From the NCBI GenBank assembly GCA_016776635.1, contig JADHSZ010000005.1:5857-69856 (forward strand): a stretch of DNA of 64,000 bases. The letters run 5' to 3'. The DNA is from Alphaproteobacteria bacterium (lineage in GTDB: Bacteria; Pseudomonadota; Alphaproteobacteria; UBA11136). Shown here piece after piece: positions 20,110 through 28,361 of the stretch; position 1 is the first letter of the stretch; every line of letters starts with the position of its first letter. Under the pieces are notes generated by a model that worked only from the letters and a program-made list of their open reading frames with translations, was not told where the DNA came from and did not search any database. Made by a program: the position numbers and the translations under genes.

Positions 20110-23103
20110 ATGATTTCCTCTCCTTTTATAGCCGATCCCGGCCGTCTGCCGAAAGCGGCGGATTTGGACCGCGCCGCGCGCGGAGTCGAACGCTGGCTGG
20201 AAACGGCCGCGCGCCTTGATGACGGCGAGTTGGCGGCATTTGCCAGAACCTGGGCCGAAGATCCGGCGGGGCGGCAATTCCTCGACGCGCTGTTGGGGAA
20301 CTCGCCTTTTCTCGGCAATGCCCTGGTGGCGGAAATGGCCTTCGCCCGGGAATTTCTCGAAACCGGGCCGGATGCGGCATTCGCGGGCCTTTTATCGGGT
20401 TTGACGGAGCGGCTGGCCGGCGAGACCAGCGAAACCAATGATGCCGTCATCATGGCGGCGTTGCGCCGGACCAAGCGCCGCGCCGCTTTGTTGATCGCGG
20501 CAGCCGACATCGCCGGGCTGTGGACCCTGGAAGCGGTCACCGGAGCGCTCAGCGATTTTGCCGAACGGGCGCTGGGCTTGGCGCTGGCGTATCTGTTACG
20601 CCGCGCCGCCGACCAGGGCCAGATCGCCCTGGCGGACAGGGCGGCCCCGGAAACCGGTTGCGGATATTTCGTTCTCGCCTTGGGCAAGCTCGGTGGGCGG
20701 GAACTCAATTATTCCAGCGATATCGATCTGGTGGTTCTCTATGACGAGGACAAGGCCCCCTATACGGGGAAAAAATCGGCCCGTGATTTCTTCCCCCGCC
20801 TGACCCGCGATCTGGTGCGACTCCTTCAGGAGAGGACCGAGGACGGCTATGTGTTCCGCACCGATCTGAGGCTGCGCCCCGACCCCGGCTCGACGCCGCT
20901 GGCGATTTCGGTACATGCGGCGGAAAGCTATTACGAGGGCACCGGCCAGAACTGGGAGCGGGCGGCCATGATCAAGGCCCGCAATGTGGCCGGCGACGCG
21001 GTCGCCGCGGCGGCGTTCATCGAGCGTCTGCGGCCCTTCCTGTGGCGCCGCAATCTCGACTTCGCCGCCATCGAGGACATCCATTCCATCAAGCGCCAGA
21101 TTGACACCTATCGCGGCCACAAGGACATCAAGACCGGCGGCCAGAACATCAAGCTCGGCCCCGGCGGTATCCGTGAAATCGAATTTTTCGCCCAGACCCA
21201 GCAATTGATCCGCGGCGGCCGCGATCCCGAGCTGCGGGTTTCGGCCACCTGCGAGGCGCTGGCGGTGCTGTGCGAGAAAGGCCATATCACGGCCCAGACC
21301 CGCGACGGGCTGGTCGCGGCCTATGCCTTCCTGCGCCGGGTGGAGCACCGTCTGCAGATGGTGGACGACCGCCAGACCCATACCATCCCCGAAGAAACGC
21401 AAAGCTGGCACGCCCTGGCCACCTTTCTGGGGTATGACGAGGCGCAGCAGTTCGAGAGCGAGCTGCACGCCCACCTTACGTTTGTGAGCACCCTCTACGG
21501 TGAATTGTTCAGTGAATCACCGGCGCTGGGCGGACCCGGCAATCTGGTCTTTACCGGCGGCGAGGACGACCCGGCGACGCTGGCCACCCTGGAGGAAATG
21601 GGATTCCGCGACGGCGCCAACATTGCCGGCGTGGTGCGTAACTGGCACCGCGGACGCTATCCCGCCATCCGCAGCGAACGCGCCCGCCAGCTTCTTACCG
21701 AGCTCATGCCGGCCATTCTCTCGGCTTTGGCCGATACCGCCGATCCCGATCTCGCCTTCATGAAATTCAACGAGTTCCTGTCGCGCCTGCCCGCCGGGGT
21801 CCAGCTGTTTTCGCTGTTCCAGGCCAATCCCGGGCTGCTCGGTCTGATGGCCGAAATCATGGGCAACGCGCCGCGTCTGGCCGACCGTCTGAGCCGCCGC
21901 CCGATCCTTCTCGACGGCGTTCTGGCAGCCGATTTCTTCGATCCCCTGCCCGATGCGGAAACCCTGAAAAAGGAAGCCGAACGGGCGCTGGAACTGGCCA
22001 CCGATTTCGAGGGCGTTCTCAACACCACCCGGCGCTGGTCTAAGGACCGCAAGTTCCAGCTCGGCGTCCAGATGCTGCGCAACCGCACCGACGCCGAAGC
22101 CACGGCCACATCTTTTTCGGATATCGGCGATATCCTGTTCAATCTGCTCCAGCCCCGGGTGGAGGAAGCCTTCGCCGAGCAGTATGGTGCCATTCCCGGC
22201 GCCGGCATGGCGGTCATCGCCATGGGCAAGCTGGGCAGCCGCGAAATGACCGTGGCCTCGGATGTGGACATGATCTTCGTCTATTCCGACACCCCCGACG
22301 ACGCCGTCTCCACCGGCGCCAAGCCGCTGATGCCCGCGGTATATTTCTCACGCATGGCGCAGCGCCTGATCAATGCCCTGACCGCCCCCACCGCCGAGGG
22401 TGAGCTCTATGAGGTGGACATGCGGCTGCGGCCTTCCGGCGCGTCGGGCCCCATCGCCTGTAGTCTCGACGCCTTTCGCAAGTATCAGAGCGACTCCGCC
22501 TGGGTGTGGGAACATATGGCGCTGACCCGCGCCCGCGCCGTGACCGGGGAAGAATCTCTGCGCAACCAGATCGGCGAGGCCATTCGTGACGTCCTGACCC
22601 AGCCCCGTGACCCCGGCACCCTGGCAGCCGAGGTCGCCGACATGCGCCGGCGCATCGCCGACAGCTTTCCAGGGACCAGCCCCTGGGACATCAAATACAC
22701 CCCCGGCGGCATGATCGACGTGGAATTCATCACCCAGTATCTGCAGCTGCGCCACGCCCATGATCATCCTCATATCCTCAGCCCCAACACCGTGACGGCG
22801 CTGGGCAATATGGCGCGGGAAGGACTGTTGGAGAGCGGCGAGGCCGAGGATTTGATGGCCGCGGCCCGGTTCTGGCACCGCCTGCAGGGATTGCTGCGCC
22901 TGTGCTTTAAGGAAACCCCCACCACGGAAGGGATGAGCCGGGGGCTGAGGACGGCGCTTTCCTTCGCCGGCGGCGCGGTTGACTTCGACGCCCTGACAAC
23001 AAAGATGGAGTCCACGGCCGCACGGGTGGGTGATCTATACGAAGCCATCATCGGCGCGCCCGGACGCGATCAACCCCTGACCAAGGAGATTCCCAACCCA
23101 TGA
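20110..23103 (+). CDS. glnE: Bifunctional glutamine synthetase adenylyltransferase/removing enzyme
   Basis: Two NTase halves: GKLGGRELNYSSDIDL/DLRLRPDP and GKLGSREM..SDVD/DMRLRPSG. Confidence 0.96.
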   Translation: MISSPFIADPGRLPKAADLDRAARGVERWLETAARLDDGELAAFARTWAEDPAGRQFLDALLGNSPFLGNALVAEMAFAREFLETGPDAAFAGLLSGLTERLAGETSETNDAVIMAALRRTKRRAALLIAAADIAGLWTLEAVTGALSDFAERALGLALAYLLRRAADQGQIALADRAAPETGCGYFVLALGKLGGRELNYSSDIDLVVLYDEDKAPYTGKKSARDFFPRLTRDLVRLLQERTEDGYVFRTDLRLRPDPGSTPLAISVHAAESYYEGTGQNWERAAMIKARNVAGDAVAAAAFIERLRPFLWRRNLDFAAIEDIHSIKRQIDTYRGHKDIKTGGQNIKLGPGGIREIEFFAQTQQLIRGGRDPELRVSATCEALAVLCEKGHITAQTRDGLVAAYAFLRRVEHRLQMVDDRQTHTIPEETQSWHALATFLGYDEAQQFESELHAHLTFVSTLYGELFSESPALGGPGNLVFTGGEDDPATLATLEEMGFRDGANIAGVVRNWHRGRYPAIRSERARQLLTELMPAILSALADTADPDLAFMKFNEFLSRLPAGVQLFSLFQANPGLLGLMAEIMGNAPRLADRLSRRPILLDGVLAADFFDPLPDAETLKKEAERALELATDFEGVLNTTRRWSKDRKFQLGVQMLRNRTDAEATATSFSDIGDILFNLLQPRVEEAFAEQYGAIPGAGMAVIAMGKLGSREMTVASDVDMIFVYSDTPDDAVSTGAKPLMPAVYFSRMAQRLINALTAPTAEGELYEVDMRLRPSGASGPIACSLDAFRKYQSDSAWVWEHMALTRARAVTGEESLRNQIGEAIRDVLTQPRDPGTLAAEVADMRRRIADSFPGTSPWDIKYTPGGMIDVEFITQYLQLRHAHDHPHILSPNTVTALGNMAREGLLESGEAEDLMAAARFWHRLQGLLRLCFKETPTTEGMSRGLRTALSFAGGAVDFDALTTKMESTAARVGDLYEAIIGAPGRDQPLTKEIPNP

Positions 23104-23564
23104 CCATCAAGCCCGGTGACAGCGCCCCCGACTTCACCCTGGCCAGCGACGGCGGCGGCGAGGTATCCCTCTCCGCCCTGCGCGGAAAAAAGGTGATCCT
23201 GTATTTCTATCCCAAGGACTTAACGCCGGGCTGTACCACGGAATCCTGTGATTTCCGCGATGCCCTGCCCGACTTTGAAGGAACGGACGCTACCGTTATC
23301 GGGCTGTCCCGTGACAGCGCCGCCAGACACGACAAGTTCAAGGCCAAATACGACCTCAACTTCCCGCTCGCCGCCGACGAAGAAGGAACCGTATGCGAGG
23401 CCTATGGGGTGTGGGTGGAGAAGAGCATGTACGGCCGTAAATATATGGGCATCGAACGCTCCACTTTCCTTGTGGACGGTGACGGCGTGGTGCGCCAGGT
23501 CTGGCGCAAGGTCAAGGTCAGGGGCCATGCCGAGGACGTGCTGCAAGAGGCCAAGGGGCTTTAG
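23100..23564 (+). CDS. bcp: Peroxiredoxin Bcp
   Basis: YFYPKDLTPGCTTESCDF, KSMYGRKYMGIERSTF. Confidence 0.95.
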   Translation: MTIKPGDSAPDFTLASDGGGEVSLSALRGKKVILYFYPKDLTPGCTTESCDFRDALPDFEGTDATVIGLSRDSAARHDKFKAKYDLNFPLAADEEGTVCEAYGVWVEKSMYGRKYMGIERSTFLVDGDGVVRQVWRKVKVRGHAEDVLQEAKGL

Positions 23565-23576
23565 AGCTGGTCAGGA

Positions 23577-23592
23577 TTAACTCGACCTTAAC
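23577..23592. promoter_or_regulatory. CtrA-type box TTAA-N7-TTAAC
   Basis: TTAA CTCGACC TTAAC, 60 bp upstream of the Hpt/receiver gene. Confidence 0.65.
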
Positions 23593-23652
23593 GCGATTTG
23601 GTACGTAATGGCGTCCCCACGATACAATCGCCAAATACCGGAAAAACACAGC

Positions 23653-24453
23653 ATGACGAACGATGGAGCCAAGAAAACACGGCCGGACCAGGACGAAGAC
23701 CTCATGGCCGGGCTGCGCGTGGAGTTTCTCGAAGACACGGCGGAATCGCTACGCGATCTCCAGCACGCCCTCGACTCGGCATTGGGCGGCAAAAAGCCGG
23801 CGGCGGAATTTCTCATGGAGACCCGCCGGGTAGCGCTGCTGCTCAAAGGGCAGGCCGCCAATGTGGGCGCGCACCTGATCACCGTCGTGGCCCACCGCCT
23901 TGAGGATTACCTGACTAATGTGGAGGAGTTGGACGAGCGCGCCGGCGCCGACCTTCAGGTCTTTCTCGACACTCTGACCGACATTGCCGAAGGCAAGACC
24001 GAGCTCGACGCCAACCCCGCCGTTATCGTCCGCAACCTTCCAGCCAAACCGGGATTCGATTTCGATCTCGCCGATCTCGAAGTCCGCGACGTGGAGGTCA
24101 TGCTGGTGATGCTGCGCGGTGCGGCTACTCGTTTCGTGGAACGCGAACTGCAGCAATGCGGCTATCGCATCACCAACGTCGCCTCGACCTTCGAGGCCCT
24201 GCCCATGATCATCCACACCAAGCCCAACATGATCGTCATCTCGGCGGTGCTACCCGATCTCAGCGGTATCGACCTTGCCATCGCCCTCGCCTCGATGCCG
24301 GAAACCCGGAACACACCGGTGGCCCTGATCACCAGTTTCAACCGCGATCACGAAAGCCTGCACCTTCTTCCCGCCAATATCCCGGTGATCCAGAAGGGGC
24401 CGTCCTTCGGCGACGATCTGGTGGAGGCCCTCAACAACGCTTTCCTGCTCTAG
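23653..24453 (+). CDS. Hpt-like + degenerate receiver domain protein
   Basis: EFLED..E.L..L helix, LKG...G..AHRLEDY (Hpt-like); KPNMIVIS..LPDLSG.DL......PVALITS (receiver-like). Confidence 0.75.
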   Translation: MTNDGAKKTRPDQDEDLMAGLRVEFLEDTAESLRDLQHALDSALGGKKPAAEFLMETRRVALLLKGQAANVGAHLITVVAHRLEDYLTNVEELDERAGADLQVFLDTLTDIAEGKTELDANPAVIVRNLPAKPGFDFDLADLEVRDVEVMLVMLRGAATRFVERELQQCGYRITNVASTFEALPMIIHTKPNMIVISAVLPDLSGIDLAIALASMPETRNTPVALITSFNRDHESLHLLPANIPVIQKGPSFGDDLVEALNNAFLL

Positions 24454-24719
24454 AGCGGGTCAGGATTGATAGGGATCACTTTGATGGCGGCGAATCGGTT
24501 CATTCGGGTAGGCGCGGCGGGCGGCGCGATGTGGGGGCATCGGGCAAGCGCCGCAACGCTTCCGAGGGGCCGATCCGCCCCACCTTCGGCCGGGTGCTTT
24601 GGCCCCGTGGCGTCGTTACGCTCCTCATCCGATGCGCAGGCATCGCATTTCGAAGCGCGCCTCGTCACGGGACAAAATCATCCCGGTCAAATGATTCCTA
24701 TCAATCCTGAACCGCTCTA
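24451..24719. mobile_element. MITE (CIR/RIME-like), TA-bounded, TIRs of about 28 bp, no transposase
   Basis: Left end TAGAGCGGGTCAGGATTGATAGGGATCA; right end reverse complement TAGAGCGGTTCAGGATTGATAGGAATCA. Confidence 0.85.
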
Positions 24720-24777
24720 ACCTGCGTGACGTCACAAAGTTTGTGACAGCGGCCCCTGATATCCTATCCTCGGGACC

Positions 24778-26412
24778 ATGATCAAATCATCCAACGGCAC
24801 AGTGGAGCAGACCCTCGCCGAGGCGCTGGAACATTTCCGCGCCGGGCGCCACGGGGAATGTGAGCGTCTGTGCCGCGAGGTTCCCAGCGGCGACACCGTT
24901 CAGAACGCCGAAGTTCTGCATTTACTGGGGGCGGCCCTCGATGCTCAGGGGCGCTATGCCGAGGCCCTGGAGCCGCTACAACGGGCCCTGGGTCTGGCCC
25001 CCGAACGGGCCGATTTTCTCGTTACCCTGGGCAATGTCTGCGGCCATCTCGGCGCCGACGAGGACGCCGTCACCCTCTATGGTCAGGCGCTGGTTCTTGA
25101 GGCCGATTCACCGGAGACTGCGGGGACTGTGCGGAATCTGGGCCAGGCTCTGCGGCGGCTGGAGGAATACGAGGACTCGGCGGCGTGTCTGCGCGAGGCC
25201 CTGCAACGTCACCCCGGGGACGCCGGCCTTCACGCCGCGCTGGCCGCCACGCTGGGCGAAATGGAAGAGTTCGACGAGGCCCATGAGCATTACGGACGGG
25301 CCCTGAAGCTGGACCCCGGCAATGGCGAAGCCCACGGCAATCTCGGCAATCTGCTGCGTGATCTGGGCCGCATTGACGAGGCCCTGGATCACTACGCCCG
25401 AGCGGTGACGCTGTTGGGATCGGACAGCATCGGCGCCACCGGCGCCAAGGTCAACCGGGCGCTGGCGCTGATTCTCGCGGGGCGCTACGGCGAAGGCTGG
25501 GACGCCTATGAGCGCCGCCTCGACCAGCCCGATTTTTTGCCTCCCGGTGATCTGCCGCCGCGCTGGGACGGCGAACCCCTGGAAGGGAAATCCATCCTTG
25601 TCCATGACGAACAGGGAATCGGCGATGTCATCATGTTCGCCACCTGTCTGCCCGACCTTGTGGCCACCGGAGCGCGGGTGGTCCTGATTTGCGAAAAGCG
25701 TCTCGAAACCTTGTTTGCCCGGTCCTTTCCTTCCGCGCGCGTAATCCCCCATCACGGCCAGCGTTTCGAGGGCGTAAAACCCGGTGACGCGGATTTCTCC
25801 CTTCCCATCGGCAGCCTGCCGCGGCATTTCCGCCGCGACGAGGCAGATTTTCCACAGCAGAACCGTATCCTCCAGCCCGATCCCGCCAAGACGGCAACCT
25901 GGCGTGGGCGCTTCGCGGAATTGGGGCCGGGACTCAAGATCGGCATGTCCTGGCGCGGCGGCGTTAAACCCTGGGACAAACGCCGGCGCACCACCCGGCT
26001 CGAGGAATGGCTGCCCTTGTTCCGGGTTCCGGGCACGCGGTTCATCAGTTTCCAGCATGGCGACACGGCCGAGGAACGGGAGGCTCTGAAAACCGAGCAT
26101 GGAGTCGTGGTCGAGGATTTTACCGAAGGCGATGACAGCTTCGATGATTTCGCCGCCCGGATAGACGCCCTCGATCTGGTTATTTCCATGGCCAATACGA
26201 CGGTGCATGTGGCAAGCGCCCTGGGCAAGCCGGTCTGGTCCCTGATACCCCGGGTGCCGGGATGGCGCTGGGGTTTCCACGGATCCACCTCGCCCTGGTA
26301 TCCCAGCATGACCATGCTGAGACAGGAAGGCGGCCAGGGCTGGACCGCCGCTCTCGAAGACGCCGCCGCCATGCTGGCCGATTTTGCCGCCGGAGATGGA
26401 GCGTCTTCCTGA
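24778..26412 (+). CDS. TPR-repeat protein with C-terminal GT-B (GT9-like) domain
   Basis: Multiple TPR repeats; PRWDG, EQGIGD, KIGMSWRG, LDLVIS..NTTVHVASALGKP, WRW, SPWYPS. Confidence 0.85.
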   Translation: MIKSSNGTVEQTLAEALEHFRAGRHGECERLCREVPSGDTVQNAEVLHLLGAALDAQGRYAEALEPLQRALGLAPERADFLVTLGNVCGHLGADEDAVTLYGQALVLEADSPETAGTVRNLGQALRRLEEYEDSAACLREALQRHPGDAGLHAALAATLGEMEEFDEAHEHYGRALKLDPGNGEAHGNLGNLLRDLGRIDEALDHYARAVTLLGSDSIGATGAKVNRALALILAGRYGEGWDAYERRLDQPDFLPPGDLPPRWDGEPLEGKSILVHDEQGIGDVIMFATCLPDLVATGARVVLICEKRLETLFARSFPSARVIPHHGQRFEGVKPGDADFSLPIGSLPRHFRRDEADFPQQNRILQPDPAKTATWRGRFAELGPGLKIGMSWRGGVKPWDKRRRTTRLEEWLPLFRVPGTRFISFQHGDTAEEREALKTEHGVVVEDFTEGDDSFDDFAARIDALDLVISMANTTVHVASALGKPVWSLIPRVPGWRWGFHGSTSPWYPSMTMLRQEGGQGWTAALEDAAAMLADFAAGDGASS

Positions 26413-26434
26413 AAGCTGGCGAGGAGCGGGCATC

Positions 26435-26458
26435 AAAAAACCCTCCTGGAAGGGAGGG
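26435..26458 (-). terminator. Intrinsic terminator downstream of the cNMP-binding protein gene
   Basis: CCCTCC/GGAGGG stem followed by T6 on the minus strand. Confidence 0.6.
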
Positions 26459-26493
26459 CGCTGGTAAGGGGGCAGAAACGTGAGAGGAGCGGG

Positions 26494-26910
26494 CTAGGCG
26501 GCCTCGTGCTGGCCGGCTCTGGCCTCTTCGGATTCCACAAGGAGGTCGGTGGTGTTGCGAACGTTGTTGATGAGCACCCGAACCAGCGCGCCCATGAACA
26601 CATCGGCATCGGCCATTTTTTCCTCGAACACGTGGCGGGGAATGACGGTGCAGGTGGTTTCCCTAGTCGCTATCGCCGTGGCCATGCGGCGGGTATCTTC
26701 GATGGGCGCCATTTCGCCGAACAGGCCGTTCTTGCCCACGACCCCCAGCACCACCTTTTTACCGCCCACGTTCCTGGAAATCTCCACTTCGCCGGCGGTG
26801 ACGATATAGGCGCAGACGCCCAGCTTGCCTTCCCTGAAGATGACGGCGTTGGGTGAAAAGGTCTGGATCTCCACACCCACGCCGCTGAACTTTGATGTAC
26901 CGTTTACCAT
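26494..26910 (-). CDS. Stand-alone cyclic nucleotide-binding domain protein
   Basis: IFREG...YIVTAGEVEI...FGEMA....RRMATAIA phosphate-binding cassette; no HTH domain. Confidence 0.88.
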   Translation of the reverse strand: MVNGTSKFSGVGVEIQTFSPNAVIFREGKLGVCAYIVTAGEVEISRNVGGKKVVLGVVGKNGLFGEMAPIEDTRRMATAIATRETTCTVIPRHVFEEKMADADVFMGALVRVLINNVRNTTDLLVESEEARAGQHEAA

Positions 26911-26980
26911 GTTCCCACCCTCATCCGTTGCCAGATACCTCAGAACAGGGACGAGAATACCCTTTCCCGGAGTGGGGAGA

Positions 26981-27022
26981 TGTGACCCACGTCACAACCG
27001 TGGTGAAATGATGTAAATCACA
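26981..27022. promoter_or_regulatory. Tandem CRP/FNR-family boxes
   Basis: Perfect TGTGA-N6-TCACA at 26981-26996; AATGA-N6-TCACA at 27007-27022. Confidence 0.65.
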
Positions 27023-27082
27023 TACATGTTTTATGTGAACATGGCGCTAACACCCTGTAATAAAAGGGAAAACTTTTCGGGA

Positions 27083-27113
27083 ATTTTCCGGTGATTTTCC
27101 GGTGATTTTCCGG
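27083..27113. repeat. 11-bp tandem repeat ATTTTCCGGTG, about 2.8 copies
   Basis: Read directly. Confidence 0.8.
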
Positions 27114-27187
27114 AAAACCGCGCCGCTGGGCTCCGCGCCGGGGAATGCCTGAAGATTCGCGGGGATTCGGGGGATTCGGGAGGAAAG

Positions 27188-28325
27188 TTACGCCGTGTCA
27201 GAGGCCTGATTTTTACCCGGGCCGCCGCCCGGCCCGCCACCCGCAAGAGCGGCCTCGAGAAATTCGTCGATGCCGCCGTCGAGCACACCCTGGGTATTGC
27301 CCTTTTCCACGCCGGTACGCAGATCCTTGACCATCTGATAGGGGTGGAGGACGTAGGAGCGGATCTGGTGGCCCCAGCCGATTTCCGTCTTGGCCTCGCG
27401 TTCGGCCTGGGCGGCGTCCTCGCGCTTTTGCAGTTCCAGCTCGTAGAGACGGGCGCGCATCATATCCATGGCCGCCGCCCGGTTGCGGTGCTGGGAACGG
27501 TCGTTCTGGCATTGCACCACAATGCCCGTGGGCAGATGGGTAAGGCGGATGGCGCTGTCGGTCTTGTTCACGTGCTGGCCGCCGGCGCCCGAAGCGCGAT
27601 AGGTATCCACCCGCAGGTCCTTATCGGCGATTTCCACCTCGATGGCGTCGTCAATCACCGGATAGACGCCCACCGAGGCGAAGCTGGTGTGGCGCCGCGA
27701 CTGGGAATCGAAGGGCGAGATACGCACCAGACGGTGAACCCCGGACTCGGTCTTGAGCCAACCATAGGCGTTATCGCCGTTAACCCGCACGGTGGCCGAT
27801 TTCAGCCCCGCTTCCTCGCCCGCGCTTTCCTCCAGCCATTCCACCTTGTAGCCGCGCGCCTCGGCCCAGCGCAGATACATGCGCAACACCATTTCGGCCC
27901 AGTCCTGGGCTTCGGTGCCGCCGGCCCCGGCATGGACCTCGAGGTAACAGTCATTGCCGTCGGCCTCGCCCGAGAGCAGGCTTTCCAACTGGCGCTTGGC
28001 CGCCACCCTGGCCAGGGCCTGCAGGGCCTTTTCGGCCTCGGCCTCCATATCCGCGTCGCCTTCCTCGGCGGCCATTTCCAGCAATTCGCAGGTATCGGAA
28101 AACTCACTTTCCATGCCGCGAAAACCGTCTATGGCGGATTCCAGCCGGGTCCGTTCGCGCATCACCTTCTGGGCCTGGGCCTGGTCGTTCCACAGATCTG
28201 GGTCTTCGGCCCGGGCGTTCAGCTCGGCCAGTTTTTGTTCCGCTGTGTCGGGGTCAAAGGCGCCTCCTCAGCAGTTCCAGTGACTGCTTGATCTCGGTAA
28301 CGATGGAGTCGAGTTCGGCGCGCAT
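27188..28325 (-). CDS. prfB: Peptide chain release factor 2 with programmed +1 frameshift
   Basis: 23-codon first frame [29 protein letters not shown] (28263-28268) then CTT TGA C (28253-28259); SPF and GGQ motifs in the second frame. Confidence 0.97.
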
Positions 28326-28361
28326 GATTTTTCCTTTGGAGGCGAAACAGGCGGCGGGAAA

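Noticed and set aside
24450..24720. 72-84 aa ORFs across the MITE
   Set aside because: No transposase motifs; they are read-throughs of the inverted repeats
26421..26494. 11-bp direct repeat GAGGAGCGGGC flanking a terminator
   Set aside because: No element ends between the copies; too short to call a target-site duplication
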